A stretch of 64,000 nucleotides of DNA from Lingula anatina (lineage: Eukaryota > Animalia > Brachiopoda): contig CM120641.1 in NCBI GenBank assembly GCA_051362555.1, forward strand, positions 14,508,001 through 14,572,000, given 5' to 3'. The notes below the pieces were generated by a model that saw only the letters and a list, made by a program, of their open reading frames with translations, had not been told where the DNA came from and ran no database searches. The stretch's first letter is position 1; each line of letters begins with the position of its first letter. Positions 52,401 to 64,000 of the stretch are shown here, piece by piece. The position numbers were made by a program, and so were the translations under genes.

Positions 52401-55400
52401 TAATCGCATGTAAAAATGTCTTAACATTGAAGATAGGTGGCTCCTTCCCACCTCACCTCTGCACCACCCATCTCTACGATAAATCTGATTAAATGTAATT
52501 CAGCTGTACCAGGAATGAATTACTGAGAATGTTCAACCAAAATGGCCAAAATCTGATGGTCTCTAACATTGGAGTGTTTATTACAGTGAAGGCTACAAGT
52601 TGTGTTTTAGAGCTGTTTTCAATCATCGGTTTCAAGCACTAAACAAAAATATGTAAAATCACATTTCTATGGAAAGATTAAATCATCAGGAGTTACCAGT
52701 TTAAATTCACTTTATAGCAAATTTTTCCATCTTGGCCATTTTGGTTGAACATTATTGGTAATACATTCGTGGCTGCACTTATACCTACCTTTGAGCATGG
52801 CAAACAATGGTCTTTAAGAAACCAGTAATATTCCCAAGTTGTCTTTGGTACGCAGAGCTTAATCACACCAGTCGCAAAGAAAGGTTGTATTGAAAAGGGT
52901 GGACATATCTTCAGTATAAATGCGAATTCAGAGGTGTGCATTTGAAGTATATGTTATGACCATCTTTATAGACTGATTGAATGTCAGATTTTATTGCCAG
53001 AGAGAAAAAGAGAGAGGGAGAGTGAGGGGAGAGAGCAAGATTATTTTGTCATTTTTGCTTATGAATAAAGGACCATGGTGTACACTCTTTCAGAGAAGCT
53101 GTTTTTATGCTTACATAAGGGTATGAGGATGAAGAAACTGGAGCACCTGTAACAAGTACATTAAATTATCTTTTTTTGTTTTCTTCAGAGGCTGAAGGAT
53201 TTGTTCATACGACATCTCTGATACAATGCCACGGTAATGATGCCAGCAGTATAACAATATATATGGTTTAGTAAACATATAGCAGTACTAACTTTATTTT
53301 TCACCCTTTTTCAGTGGTATATATATATAAATATATATAATCAAATACTGTCCTTGTGCTTTAAGGAAGGGTGTAGTTATAGTGGATTAAATTATTTCAT
53401 TATTTGCTATATGCATAAATATATTTAGGTCAGCGATGGTGAACCTTTATTCTTCAATCTTTTACCTTGCATAAACATTTTATATTGGAACATTTATGCT
53501 TAAAATGTGTAATGACTATCTTATTATTTATATTATTATTATTGTTGCCTGCTGTTCCTTTCCTTGAAATAAATATTTACTTCTCTAATGAAAATTCAGG
53601 TAACTGATATTGTTACATATTAAGATGATTATGAATCAAGATTGCCGTAACATTATTGTTTCAATAACAAAATATGTATATGAAAGCACTGACCAGGCAT
53701 TTATACTAACACAGAGGAAATATTGTAAAGGGAAATTAAATACATTGTAGCCATATGGTTTAGATATAGTTTAGAATATTCTGTCACATGTATAGGGTAG
53801 TCATACATTTCTGTCAAGAGGTGAAGGTATTAACATTATCTTTTAATTTGTAAAGTGCATATATGAAAATATCTCCTCAGATTCCATGTTATCCCATAAT
53901 CTACATTTTCCTGTTAATTTCTTTTAAATGTCAGCTTTGGTGAAGCTTCATATTTTAAAAAAATGTTAATTATTGAATTTAATTTCCCTGACTCTGGTAT
54001 TGGTTTTTTAATATCAAGAAGACTCCTTTAGTTTATGTACTTTATTTACTGTTTCTTACACATTATTAGCAGGCCCGTAGCCAGAAATTTCAAAAGGGGG
54101 GTTCGTTTTCTGAAAAAGTGGACCTTTTTCCATAAAAACATCATGTATCTAGATCAAATTTTACCCAGAGTGGACCTTTTCTCAGCAAAAGGGGCGGTTC
54201 TTTCGAACCCCTGAACCCCCCCTGGCTACGGGCCTGATTAGCATATCTGTATTAAACTTGTAGTGTATCAAATTAATATTTTCTTTTACAAATATTTTTT
54301 CAGCAAAGAGACAACATTTAATAAAGGTAAATGTTACTACTTTTGAATCTTGCATGGTGTCAGTGAGTGCACATGTAATATGTATAGTATACATTTGTTT
54401 TACCTACTCAAACAATCATCTATGTGAATAAATAGACTGAACAAATAAGTGTAAAGAAAAGTGTAAAGTAATTGAAAACATTTCTTTATATTTAAAATTT
54501 GTTTTTTTCCTCATGGAATTTATGACTGCTTGTAAATAAGATTGATCAAAATAAAACATGAATGTCTCTTTTGGTGTTCCAGAGGAGGGATACCTCCGTA
54601 TGTACCTCAGAGGTCGTCCAGTGACACTGTACGCTCCCACACTAGAAGAGTATGACCTGGCAAAGAAAGAGGACCAGCCGCCACAGAGTCTCAAATTAGA
54701 ATGGGTGTATCCTCTAACTTATTTATTGAATAACTGTGACAATGGAATACATTTATCTGCAACTTCTGTTTTCTTGAGTTTATCCTGAATAATCTAGATT
54801 TGGCACATAATGATATTGATTAAAAAAGATAAAACAGAAAAAAATTGATTGTTAACACTGTGAAATAACAGTTGCCTTTCTTTTTGAGTTTTGTACTCTT
54901 AGAATTTGTTTTATTCACTTTACATTGGCTAATCCTTGACATTCCACAGTTACGGCTATAGGGGCCGAGACTGCCGCAGCAATGTTCATCTACTTCCTAC
55001 AGGAGAGACTGTGTACTTTGTGGCAGGTGTGGTGGTGTTGTACAATGTGGAAGAACAAATACAGAGACATTACCTAGGACATACAGATGATGTCAAGTGG
55101 TAAATCTTTGAAACGGCATCCATGTGTTGGAGCATAATTTAAAATCTAGCATTGTAGAGTTAATTTTTTTTCAATGCGATTTACATGCTGGAATGAATCC
55201 AGATGTTGCATGTGCCATAAGAAAAACTCTACAGGCAATTAATCAATTAGAAAAGTTAAGTTAAGGCTGTGGGAAATGCCTTAAAATATTTTTTACCAGT
55301 TATAATGACTTGTGCATTTAAGATGGAATAGAATTTGTCTGTATTTGAGCTAGAATTTGTGTCATTATTGCCCTTTATAGCATAGAAATATTGTCACAAC

Positions 55401-58400
55401 TTTAAAGATTAAAAAAATTTATATTCTTTTTAGCTTGGCAGTTCATCCAGACAAAATTACCATAGCAACAGGTCAGGTGGCTGGGCATGATAACAAGAAG
55501 TCTAGCAGGGTAAGCCTCTATGTCCCCCTTGTGGGCTAGGACAGTTTTCACATTTTTACTCATTTCCAGTGGTTTTTATAGAGGTTTGACTTTGTTGATG
55601 AAAGCCTAGAAACATTTTATGCATGGCATTTAACATTTCTGCTTTAACTTTGAAAAAGACCATGTGAAATACAAGGTATTATACTGTTTTGGACAAAAGC
55701 ATTTTGTGAAAATGAAGGTACTCCGAAAATATGAGTTGAATGCATTTTGGTCAGATTTAAAAGATAGTATGATCACATATGGTGTGCTTTTGTAAAGCTT
55801 TCTGTACTTGCCACTGGTTGTTGAATGGATGTGAAGATGTAACCAGTGTCTGTTTCTGTTTGCTACAGTTCATTTGTGCTTGCCAGACTCACTACAGTGG
55901 CACTCTGTTTTTATGATGCTCACTTAAACTGTGAAAAGACTAATTGCAGCAGACAATGCTCTTGATCTAATTGTTCTGTTCAAACTATCACTGATTTGCT
56001 AAGAAGACTTAAAAAACAAAACCAAAAAATCAAAAATATATAGAAATATGCTCTGATTTGAAATTCTATCCATATGGAAGATATTTGATTAAACTGCAAC
56101 ACTTGTGCTTTTAGGTTATACTTGGTCTTTTTATTTTGATTTGGAAATATATAATTTTTGCTGTTTATATTGTATCTCTGCATTGAAGTGATAATACCCA
56201 TTACACCAGTTCTTTTCTTGATTTTGTTAGACTGCTTAAACTTCTGAAATGCCATTGTGTTATAACCAACATTTAGGTTTACATGATTCAGATACAAATT
56301 TAACATTAACATTTGTATAGCAGACTCGATTATAAACTATGCACACATTATGCATTATATTAAAGGTTTTGCGTACAATACAAATACCAAACTTTTCTTG
56401 TTCCTTCTTGCTCATAAGAAATCATTATGAATGTTGATAATAAAAAATGCAGTGGCATTTCATAATGTGTGTATTATTTGACTGGTTGGTTGTTGGTTTG
56501 TTGGTGCTGATTTGCTTTGTGTTCCCCCTACCTGCAGCCTAAGAGCGCCCAACATGGAAAAGGCGACCCAAGCACTGCTCCTGATCATTTGGTGAGTTTG
56601 GTTTGCTTTATCTTATTTTTTCAAGGGTTCCTTTTCTTTCATGTTATTTCTTTTCTTGATGGAGGTTTTAAAGGAGGCCATTTTGGTAAAATATTTTTTT
56701 AATTTTATTTTTGTGAAAAGTGCATGACTATTTTGCTTTCTTGATTGCGGAATGTTGCTTAATTTCTTAAAAATTATTGTTATGATTTCTTACATTAGCA
56801 ATTTTTTTTTTTGATATCTTGGTGGTATGTTCTATTTGAATTTATTATTTTACAGCATTGTTCACCCTTCAGAGATTGCATGAAACAAATTCTTTAGGAA
56901 ATTTAATTTCAATATAGATTGATAGTGTTTTTATTCATAATGATTTCATTTTAAATTTCATTAAAAATGTATCATATTCTACATACCTGGATGAATACAA
57001 AAATGGTGCATTACAATTCCAAGTTTGGAAATGCTGTTTTGGTTTTTCTCCGTTATCTCCACCTCAATCATACTCTTTTGTATTGGTTTTCTTTGTGTAG
57101 AGAGCCTTCAGTTGGTTTTACTTGAATATACTGTGATCCTGTTTGATTTTTTCTGATGCATGGTTTCTGCAAAACCATTCCACTACTCGGTGGAGCAGGT
57201 AGCATACAAAAAAATTTGAAAAAAAATTAGTTAAACGCTGTAGGCTAGCATGATACTGATTTCATTAGATTGCTAATATTTTGCTAGACTAGTTCTACGA
57301 ACGACCATATCCTTTGTATTTGTATAATTAAACCTCCCTTCACATATTGATTTCTTATTATTTTCTTTGTGTCATTCGTTCTTAGATTCATTAAACTCAC
57401 TGTAAGGTTTATGCTGCCTGTCCTACCTGATGACTTGCCTAAATAGCTTTCATATTTTACCATGCTATTTCTATTGTTTCAGCCTCATGTCCGGATTTGG
57501 AACTCTGTCAGCCTGCAAACTCTCCATGTCTTGGGTCTGGGAGGAGACTTTGATAGAGCAGTATGCTCTATTGGATTCTCAAAGGCAGTAAGTTCATCTG
57601 ACTCAATTGCAAGCAAGGGTAGTTTGACAAAAATATGAACTAGGCCAATTGATTGTTGTAATAACTCAGTAAAACATTTTGATTGTTTATTGCCTTTCCC
57701 TTAAAAGCCATTGTCAAGTTAACAATCACTTCCAGCACCAACTGCCAGGTTTTGTGCAATTCAAAATTGTGTCAGATGGCAGATAGGTGGCCAGGTGTGT
57801 CAGCAGGTGATGAAGTAGATTATTTTTTGATGACTTATATTCATGGCATTTATCTGTTAAAATTATTTTTAAAATATTACTTGCTCTCAAATGAGTTCAA
57901 CAAGAAGCAGTTTATGTATTTTTAAGTAAAAAAATGTGCGTTAAAAATCTTACGCTTTGTCCTTTCAAGAAAAATCAACCCAAAAAATACCTATGAAAAA
58001 ATTCTGTCAGCTTTTACTCATTTATAGCCTCACTCACTAGTTTGCCATTACTTCTTACCTCATTCTCCTGTAAATATACTTTGATTTTTATGCCAAGTGG
58101 GGAGTTTTTTTTTTTTTTTTTTTTTTTGCCTATCTCAGATGATTCCCATTCCCATCCATTCAAAATACTGTATACTGAACATGCATTCAGATCTTTTTGA
58201 ACACAGGTAATCTCCGCAATTTTTGCAAATTCTTGTCTTAAAAAAATAGAATGACATGTCATTTGATATTTCAGTGCATACACCTCTATTTATCCAGTGA
58301 TGGCTTGGGTATTTTAAGCGATACAGGTTTGAGCTTTGTCGTATCAAAGCAATGATCAAAATTGTTCTCAAATTTTTTAATGAAAATGAACATCACTATG

Positions 58401-61400
58401 TATTGTAAGGACAGCAGGAATGATTAAATCTATGGTACATTTGCTCACCTTGACACTGCAGGATGGTGGACAGCTGCTGTGTGCTGTGGATGAGGGCAAT
58501 GAGCATACTCTATCAGTGTGGGAGTGGCAGAAAGGAGAGAAAGGACACAAGATTACAGAGACCAAGGCAAATATGGAGAAATTCATTTTTTTCAACAGCA
58601 CCATTCATAAGCTCTTATCGGTATTCCAAAATTAGGTTAAGAAAAAAGATAACAAACTTACAGCTAGCTTTAAATTGGTTCAAACTTCAAACCATAAACC
58701 TATTTTCAACTCATAACAAAAATGAATAAACATACCCATAATGTAAATGTATAAAAGCCAACTGATGATTTGTGAATTAATATCTGTGAAATATATAAAA
58801 TATGGAAAAGATTGTACAAATCATGTTTTACAATGGATTACAGAGTTCTACAGAGCCTGTTGTGGCCTCAGAGTTCCATCCACTGGATGCCAATACCATC
58901 ATTACTTGTGGTAAGAATCAGATCACATTCTGGACACTGGAAGGTGGCACCCTGGGCAAGAAACTGGGGCTCTTTGAGGTAAATAAAAACCTTGCTCACA
59001 AAAGAACTTGCTTTGACAGAAATGAGTTTGATATATATAACAAACATATCACATTAGGGACCCCTCCATTACTTTGTGCTTTGAAAGTTGAAATCTCATG
59101 TAATCTAAGCTGGTGGTCTGAGGATGCCAGTGAGGTTTTGTCTGGTTTGAGTAAGCATTGTTAACATTGTTAATGGGCCTTATTTCTTGAAAGATGATTT
59201 TAACTTAGTCATGATATACGTGGAGTATGTTTTTTGTAAAAGGGAGACACCTGTCATTGAAGGGAGCTGTTTTATGCAAGAAAAATGGATTAATATATGT
59301 GGGGGGAGGTTGAAAAAGAATATTTTAGCCTCGAGTTCTTTGTACCTGATTAAAAGTTTAATATCATATTGGTGTTTGAATTTCACAGAAACACGAGAAA
59401 CCCAAGTTTGTACTTTGTCTGGCTATTGCTGATAATGGAGATGTCTTTACTGGAGATTCTAATGGAAATATATTCATTTGGCCAAGAGGTGAGTATATAA
59501 TAGGTATAATGTAACATAAGTTCTCCACAATTATGTCTGCAGAGCTTTATAGTGAAGTGAAGTACCTGGTCATATGATTTTACATATACCAGTTGCCATA
59601 TTAATGTATATTAATTCCACCAGGCACCAACAAGATCTCCAAGGCCCTGACAGGGGTACATGAAGGTGGTATCTTCTCCCTGCTGTTCACCAAGGATGGC
59701 CATCTGCTATCTGGTGGTGGCAAGGACAGGAGAATTGTACAGTGGGATGCCACTGGCTTGACTCAGACTGGAGAGGTGGAGGTAAGTTTATAAGGGGATT
59801 CTATGTGTGTGTGTGTGTGTGTTGTGTGCAAGTGGACATGCATTTACAAAGGTTAAAGTTTTGAATGATGATATTTTTATAATAAGTTGATCCAGCCTGG
59901 TGAGATGACATTAAGATTCTGACTATGTTGTTGAATGTAACATGACATTTATTCATTCTTCTAAGGGATGGTGAATTTGTATTTCTCATTGGCAGTATAT
60001 GTGAATGCTATGTGAATTTTGTGGTCATTTTAAGTTAATTGAAGTTAAATTTCTAGAGCATTATGATATATATGGATAAAAAAGTCAAACTTGTAATTCT
60101 TGAATATATTGAGTTGACAATTCAACTGACAGTTCAGTTTTTCAGAAAGTAGTTTTAAATGTTTGATATTGTAAAGAATATATTTTATAACATAGCCTTG
60201 GTGTTAATATAATGTCATATTCAGTTCCTTCAATGATTATCCTCCTAGATCCCAGAACACTATGGTGCTGTGCGCACACTGACCCAGGGCAAGGGGAATA
60301 TGATTGTAGTTGGCTCTACCAGGAATGTCATACTACAAGGGACACTGGAACTCAACTTCAACCCTATAGTACAGGTATGGTATTTTTTTCCTGACAAGTC
60401 TATATGATAATTTTTTAAAGTTTTAAATAAGGGTTAAACATTTCGTTAACATATCTTTATACAGCAAACTAACCCCTGACATGATTATTCTGTCCCCAGG
60501 GTCATGTTGATGAACTGTGGGGGTTGGCAGTCCACCCTAATCAGCACCAGTTCCTGACCTGCGCCTATGATAAGAAGGTGTTCCTCTGGGACGCACTGTC
60601 TCATTCTGCTGTTTGGAGCAAGGAATTGGAGGTGAGGATCATGTAACTGTGTTGAGTTTCTTATGTACATTAAACAGAAATGATATGGCTATAGATGTTT
60701 TATAACTACATGAGTACTTCCCTAGTCTGTTGCTGATTTAGGTGGAAGTTCTCTGGGTCATGAGATACTGTTTGCTTCTGGTGAACAACATGCAAATAAA
60801 ATTTTGGGGGGTTTGCATTATATTATATATTGCTTTTTTTTTCTATACCAGGTCCCTGCCCACTGTGCATGTTTTCACCCTGATGCCCAGGTGGTGGCTA
60901 TAGGGACACAGACTGCCAAGTGGCTGGTGCTGGACCTCACTTCTAGAGAACCTGTCTATTCTCACACTGATGGCAATGAACAGATTGAGTGTGCGGAGTA
61001 TTCACCAGGTATGACTTGTGTGAGTGTGTTTTGAAAAAAATGAATTGTAGGCCTAGCAAAAGGATTGACAGTCAGTTTACGTATGTTTGTGAGCATAACG
61101 TGGTCTGCAGAGTTTCCAAATCTATGCGTATTCTGCATATTATTTAGGGCTGATTCTTGCTGTTTACAGATGTTATTATATTGTTAATAAGATGAAAAAA
61201 ACTGTCTATAGTGAGGCACTGAGCAATAATTTTATATTTCAGACGGAAAGTACTTGGCACTGGGCTCCAGGGACAATCACATTTATGTTTATAGTGTTGA
61301 TGAGGAAGGGAAAAAATATTCACGCGTTGGTAAATGCCAGGTATGCAGAAAACATAGATTTAAAAGTAAATAGATTGGGCTCATTCGGGATTTGAACCTG

Positions 61401-63539
61401 GGACCTCTCGCACCCAAAGCAAGAATCGTACCCCTAGACCAACGAGCCAGCTATGCATGTGCAAATTTTGGCAAAGCTGAGTGTCATGGGATATGGGGTG
61501 TTTGCGTGCAATATTTCATTAACTTTCAATTTGTGTGTCTGCACAGTAGCATTACTGTACATACAGCTATTTCATAATTATCCTGCAGTAAGGCATTCTA
61601 GAAGTCTTTAGTGCCCCTTAGGGGACATGTCAGTAATTGCTTACATTTTAAAGAAAAAAAATAAAAAATAATTTTTTAGAAAAATAAATTTGTCATCTGG
61701 AAGACTGTTTCTTGATTCAACTAAAAGTTAACTATTTACTAGCTCAGTGATATTCAGCTTATTGTGTATTCAGTTTTGTATTTTAGTATTAGATTGTATT
61801 TTGAACTTTCCTCTTGATTACAGGGTCACTCCAGTTTTGTGACTCACCTAGACTGGTCTGCAGACAGTCAGTATATTCAGTCAAACTCAGGAGATTATGA
61901 ACTACTTTTCTGTAAGTTGAGGTTCTCGTACTTTCACATTGGCAGAATGTGAATGAAGATTGGGTCAGAAATATCGGTAGACTTATTAAGTGAATCCCAC
62001 AAAGGTCAAATAAATTCTTATCTCAGATTACATTACACAGTGCCAACAGCCTTGCTTAATGCTATGATTATTATGATGATCCCAATAGCGCACGCACATA
62101 CATGTAGATTTAGGAATTCTTTCTCCATTTGCTGATGGAAAATAGTCTGAAAACTGTATTAGGCACCAAACTTTTGTTATTTTTTACAAAAGGGTTGCAT
62201 AAAATGACTGAAATATATAAAGTAGAATTATGTAACTTCAAAAAATTTTAATTTCACACATGGAATATAAATATATCATTTGATAAGTTATGTATTATGA
62301 TTTAATTGTTTCACAGGGAATGCATCCAGTTGCAAACAAATCACAGCTTCAAGTAGTATGAGAGACGTACAGTGGGCCACTTCTTACTGTACCATTAGCT
62401 TCAATACCTGTGGTGAGTACGGCATTGAAATGTAAAGGTTAATATGTGACATGGAACAGATATTTCAAAAGATTTTTTAAGGTAAGATAAAAAGACTAAC
62501 TATCTGTTAAATACTTCATTGCAAGGTAGGATATTGATTTGGGTGTTCACTCTTAAAGACTGAATATATTTCCTGTGTGTAATTCTTAGTGATACTTTAG
62601 TTATTTTATCAAAGTTGACTTCTTTATTGCTGGTTGATGGCATGGTCTGATTTATGGTGTCTTTAAATCTGTGGTGTAAAATTGATATTTTGGATATTTG
62701 TCTGCAGATATGCACTGGTGCTGCAATCATGAGACTAAAATTGCTGCTATATTTCATTGTCAATATTTGAATGTTTTACTGCTGATAAATGAATAACTTT
62801 TTTTGTTTCTTTGCACAATATAGAATTTTAGATGGAGGTACCTTTTATATTTATATGGCTTCAGTGCCCCCATGGTATATAGTTATGTGTGTGTAAACTG
62901 TTGTATTTCAGGCATCTGGCCAGAGGGAGCTGACGGTACGGATGTCAATGGCAGCAGTCGTGCTCACAAGGCAGATCTCCTGGCTAGTGCTGATGACTAT
63001 GGGAAAGTGAACCTCTACAGATACCCTTCAACACACATTGAGGTGAGAGTGTTTTTAAAGTTCTTTTGAAAATTTGACTGGTGCTGAAATTTTGGTTGGT
63101 GCGAAACTGTGTATTTTGTTCACCATAGCCTATAAATAAATGAGGTGCAGTTTTTTGTATGAAATTGGGCTTATGTTGCATATTTTCTGTTCGATCTCCA
63201 CAAATTGAATAGAACATATTGGTAATTGTGATTATGTAATCTTCAAACGTTTTTATAAATTTTTATAAGGGATTTTGAGGTATTTCAAATAACCTCAGTA
63301 TGAAGGAAATGGTCACCTTTCAGGTAAATGTATTGAATTAAGAGGTACAATTTCTAATGACTATATCTCTTTGCATAGATACAGTCTTTGAATCTGTCAT
63401 TCTATTGTTCTAGGCTGGGCATCGGGCTTATGGTGGCCATAGTAGTCATGTGACTGCTGTCCGCTTCCTTCATGATGATAGTCGTCTGCTTTCAACTGGA
63501 GGGAAGGATGCCGGAATTCTTCAGTGGGAGATTTTATAA
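31420..63539 (+). CDS. EML: Echinoderm microtubule-associated protein-like (EML1-4 type: coiled coil, HELP motif, WD40/TAPE domain), about 830-840 aa
   Basis: First exon 31420-31441 or 43391-43430, then 46209-46361, 49742-49846, 50440-50602, 52095-52166, 54304-54326, 54583-54706, 54950-55099, 55434-55509, 56538-56591, 57483-57587, 58462-58566, 58844-58978, 59389-59488, 59624-59781, 60249-60374, 60500-60631, 60852-61008, 61243-61340, 61824-61911, 62317-62412, 62912-63042, 63414-63539. Motifs: RVSALEKKVHQNEDEMLCLKSALADALRRI, EEGYLRMYLRGRP, LKLEWVYGYRGRDCR, GHSSFVTHLDWS, GIWPEGADGTDVN, GHSSHVTAVRF. Confidence 0.95.
31819..33948. mobile_element. TTAA-flanked TIR element of 2.1 kb, Kolobok-like, no transposase recognised
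   Basis: TTAA|GGCCGGTGATAG ... CTATCACCGACC|TTAA (11/12 match); CpG-rich interior contrasts with CpG-poor intronic flank. Confidence 0.65.
36111..39329 (+). mobile_element. Non-autonomous Helentron/HINE (DINE-1-like) element with central tandem array
   Basis: 15-bp subterminal IR TATTGTACCACCAGC (36111-36125) / GCTGGTGGTACAATA (39282-39296); 5' hairpin 36114-36143; CCG(T/G)-rich microsatellite-like tract; 3' hairpin GAGGCG-GTAT-CGCCTC (39301-39316); ends CTAG followed by TTT. Confidence 0.8.
37113..39136. repeat. 146-bp satellite, about 12 monomers in two blocks of 6
   Basis: CTCCAAA.CT recurs at 37113, 37259, 37405, 37551, 37696, 37842 and at 38287, 38433, 38579, 38725, 38871, about 39016; the blocks are separated by a duplicated spacer of about 290 bp. 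Confidence 0.95.
43391..43430 (+). CDS. EML alternative first coding exon (MDFSGNLSDMSAL)
   Basis: ATG to a strong G|GTAAGT donor, phase 1, matching the acceptor at 46209; resembles the recalled EML4-type N-terminus (MDGFAGSLDD). Confidence 0.6.
44308..44466 (+). repeat. Dispersed direct repeat of about 160 bp, copy 1
   Basis: TTCATTATTGTGCCTT.GTTCAGTTTATCCCAT...AAAACTTCAGCTAGGTGAATAT also at 47269-47430. Confidence 0.8.
44693..44939. mobile_element. Degenerate fold-back MITE
   Basis: AAACTATCCTACTGGGTAGAT pairs with ATCTACCTAGTATGATAGTTT; GCTGAATGCAATCA pairs with TGATTGCATTCAGC; CTAA and TTAA flanks. Confidence 0.65.
45525..45739 (+). mobile_element. MITE family A copy 3
   Basis: TTA on both sides; near-identical to copy 2. 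Confidence 0.85.
46333..46500 (+). repeat. Tandem duplication of about 85 bp covering an EML exon 3' end and donor
   Basis: ATAGCTTCCT.GGAATC.GGCAGAACA.GTATGAAATGGAATGTTTTTT...TTTTCAAAACTTAGCTTTTCTTT occurs twice. Confidence 0.85.
47269..47430 (+). repeat. Dispersed direct repeat of about 160 bp, copy 2
   Basis: Matches 44308-44466. Confidence 0.8.
54070..54236. mobile_element. MITE with 15-bp TIR and 5-bp TSD
   Basis: ATTAG|CAGGCCCGTAGCCAG ... CTGGCTACGGGCCTG|ATTAG. Confidence 0.85.
54707..54949 (+). other. U12-type (minor spliceosome) GT-AG intron in EML
   Basis: 5' site GTATCCTC; branch TCCTTGAC (54933-54940) 9 nt before the 3' end; no polypyrimidine tract; splicing restores LEWV/YGYRG. 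Confidence 0.9.
61377..61448 (-). tRNA. tRNA-Pro(TGG), probably a pseudogene, antisense within an EML intron
   Basis: GGCTCGTTGGTCTAGGGGTACGATTCTTGCTTTGGGTGCGAGAGGTCCCAGGTTCAAATCCCGAATGAGCCC; about 5 differences from the recalled metazoan tRNA-Pro, including two T-stem mismatches. Confidence 0.85.
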
Positions 63540-63919
63540 AGATTCTCAAGAATGAGTAATCTGCTTTCTATTGATACTGATAATATGAATGGATTTTCAG
63601 AAAAGAAAGTATACATAATATGACTTGATTAATGTTGAAACAAAAAAGGGTAAGGATGCTAATTAATTGTTAAAAATCATGTCTCCAATGACTGATGAAG
63701 TTATTTCATTGTAGATGAAAATACATGAAGTGAAAGTGTTTGAAGTATTGTGAATGCCATCTTTTGATAGTGGGTTTAACAGTCAGTTTAAGTCCTTTTG
63801 TTTGAAAAGGTTCTCAGATGAAAAACATTAAATCTTGACCTAATACTTTGATATAATAAGAAATGGAATTATCTCATTTATACTTCTAAATATATTTTCT
63901 TTGGCTTGGTCTAAAAAAT

Positions 63920-63946
63920 TTTATTTTATTTTTTTATTTATTTATT

Positions 63947-63982
<36 letters not shown>

Positions 63983-63996
63983 TTTTTTTTTTTTTT
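63920..63996. repeat. (TTTA)n/(TTA)n/poly-T simple repeat
   Basis: Direct reading. Confidence 0.9.
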
Positions 63997-64000
63997 GAAA

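Overview
AT-rich, intron-dense animal genomic DNA. It is probably an invertebrate bilaterian, possibly a mollusc (inferred from repeat types and CpG pattern only). Three genes could be spliced by hand with consistent phases. (1) A GPR158/GPR179-like class C GPCR on +, 2867-18231, 11 exons, about 686 aa. (2) A bHLH plus HMG-box gene on -, 30703-22726, 15 coding exons, about 788 aa. Its architecture and HMG motif resemble vertebrate MEIOSIN/BHMG1; the ORF track hides both domains because they are split over small exons. (3) An EML/EMAP-family gene on +, 31420 or 43391 to 63539, with alternative first exons, a U12 intron, a GC-AG intron and a 23-nt microexon. Genes 2 and 3 are head-to-head across a roughly 270-bp CpG-rich interval. 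The window also holds a degenerate intronic tRNA-Pro, a Helentron/HINE-like element with a 146-bp satellite array, a TTAA-flanked 2.1-kb TIR element, a nested transposon pair and several MITEs. All gene models are manual and lack transcript or database confirmation; family comparisons are from recalled sequences.
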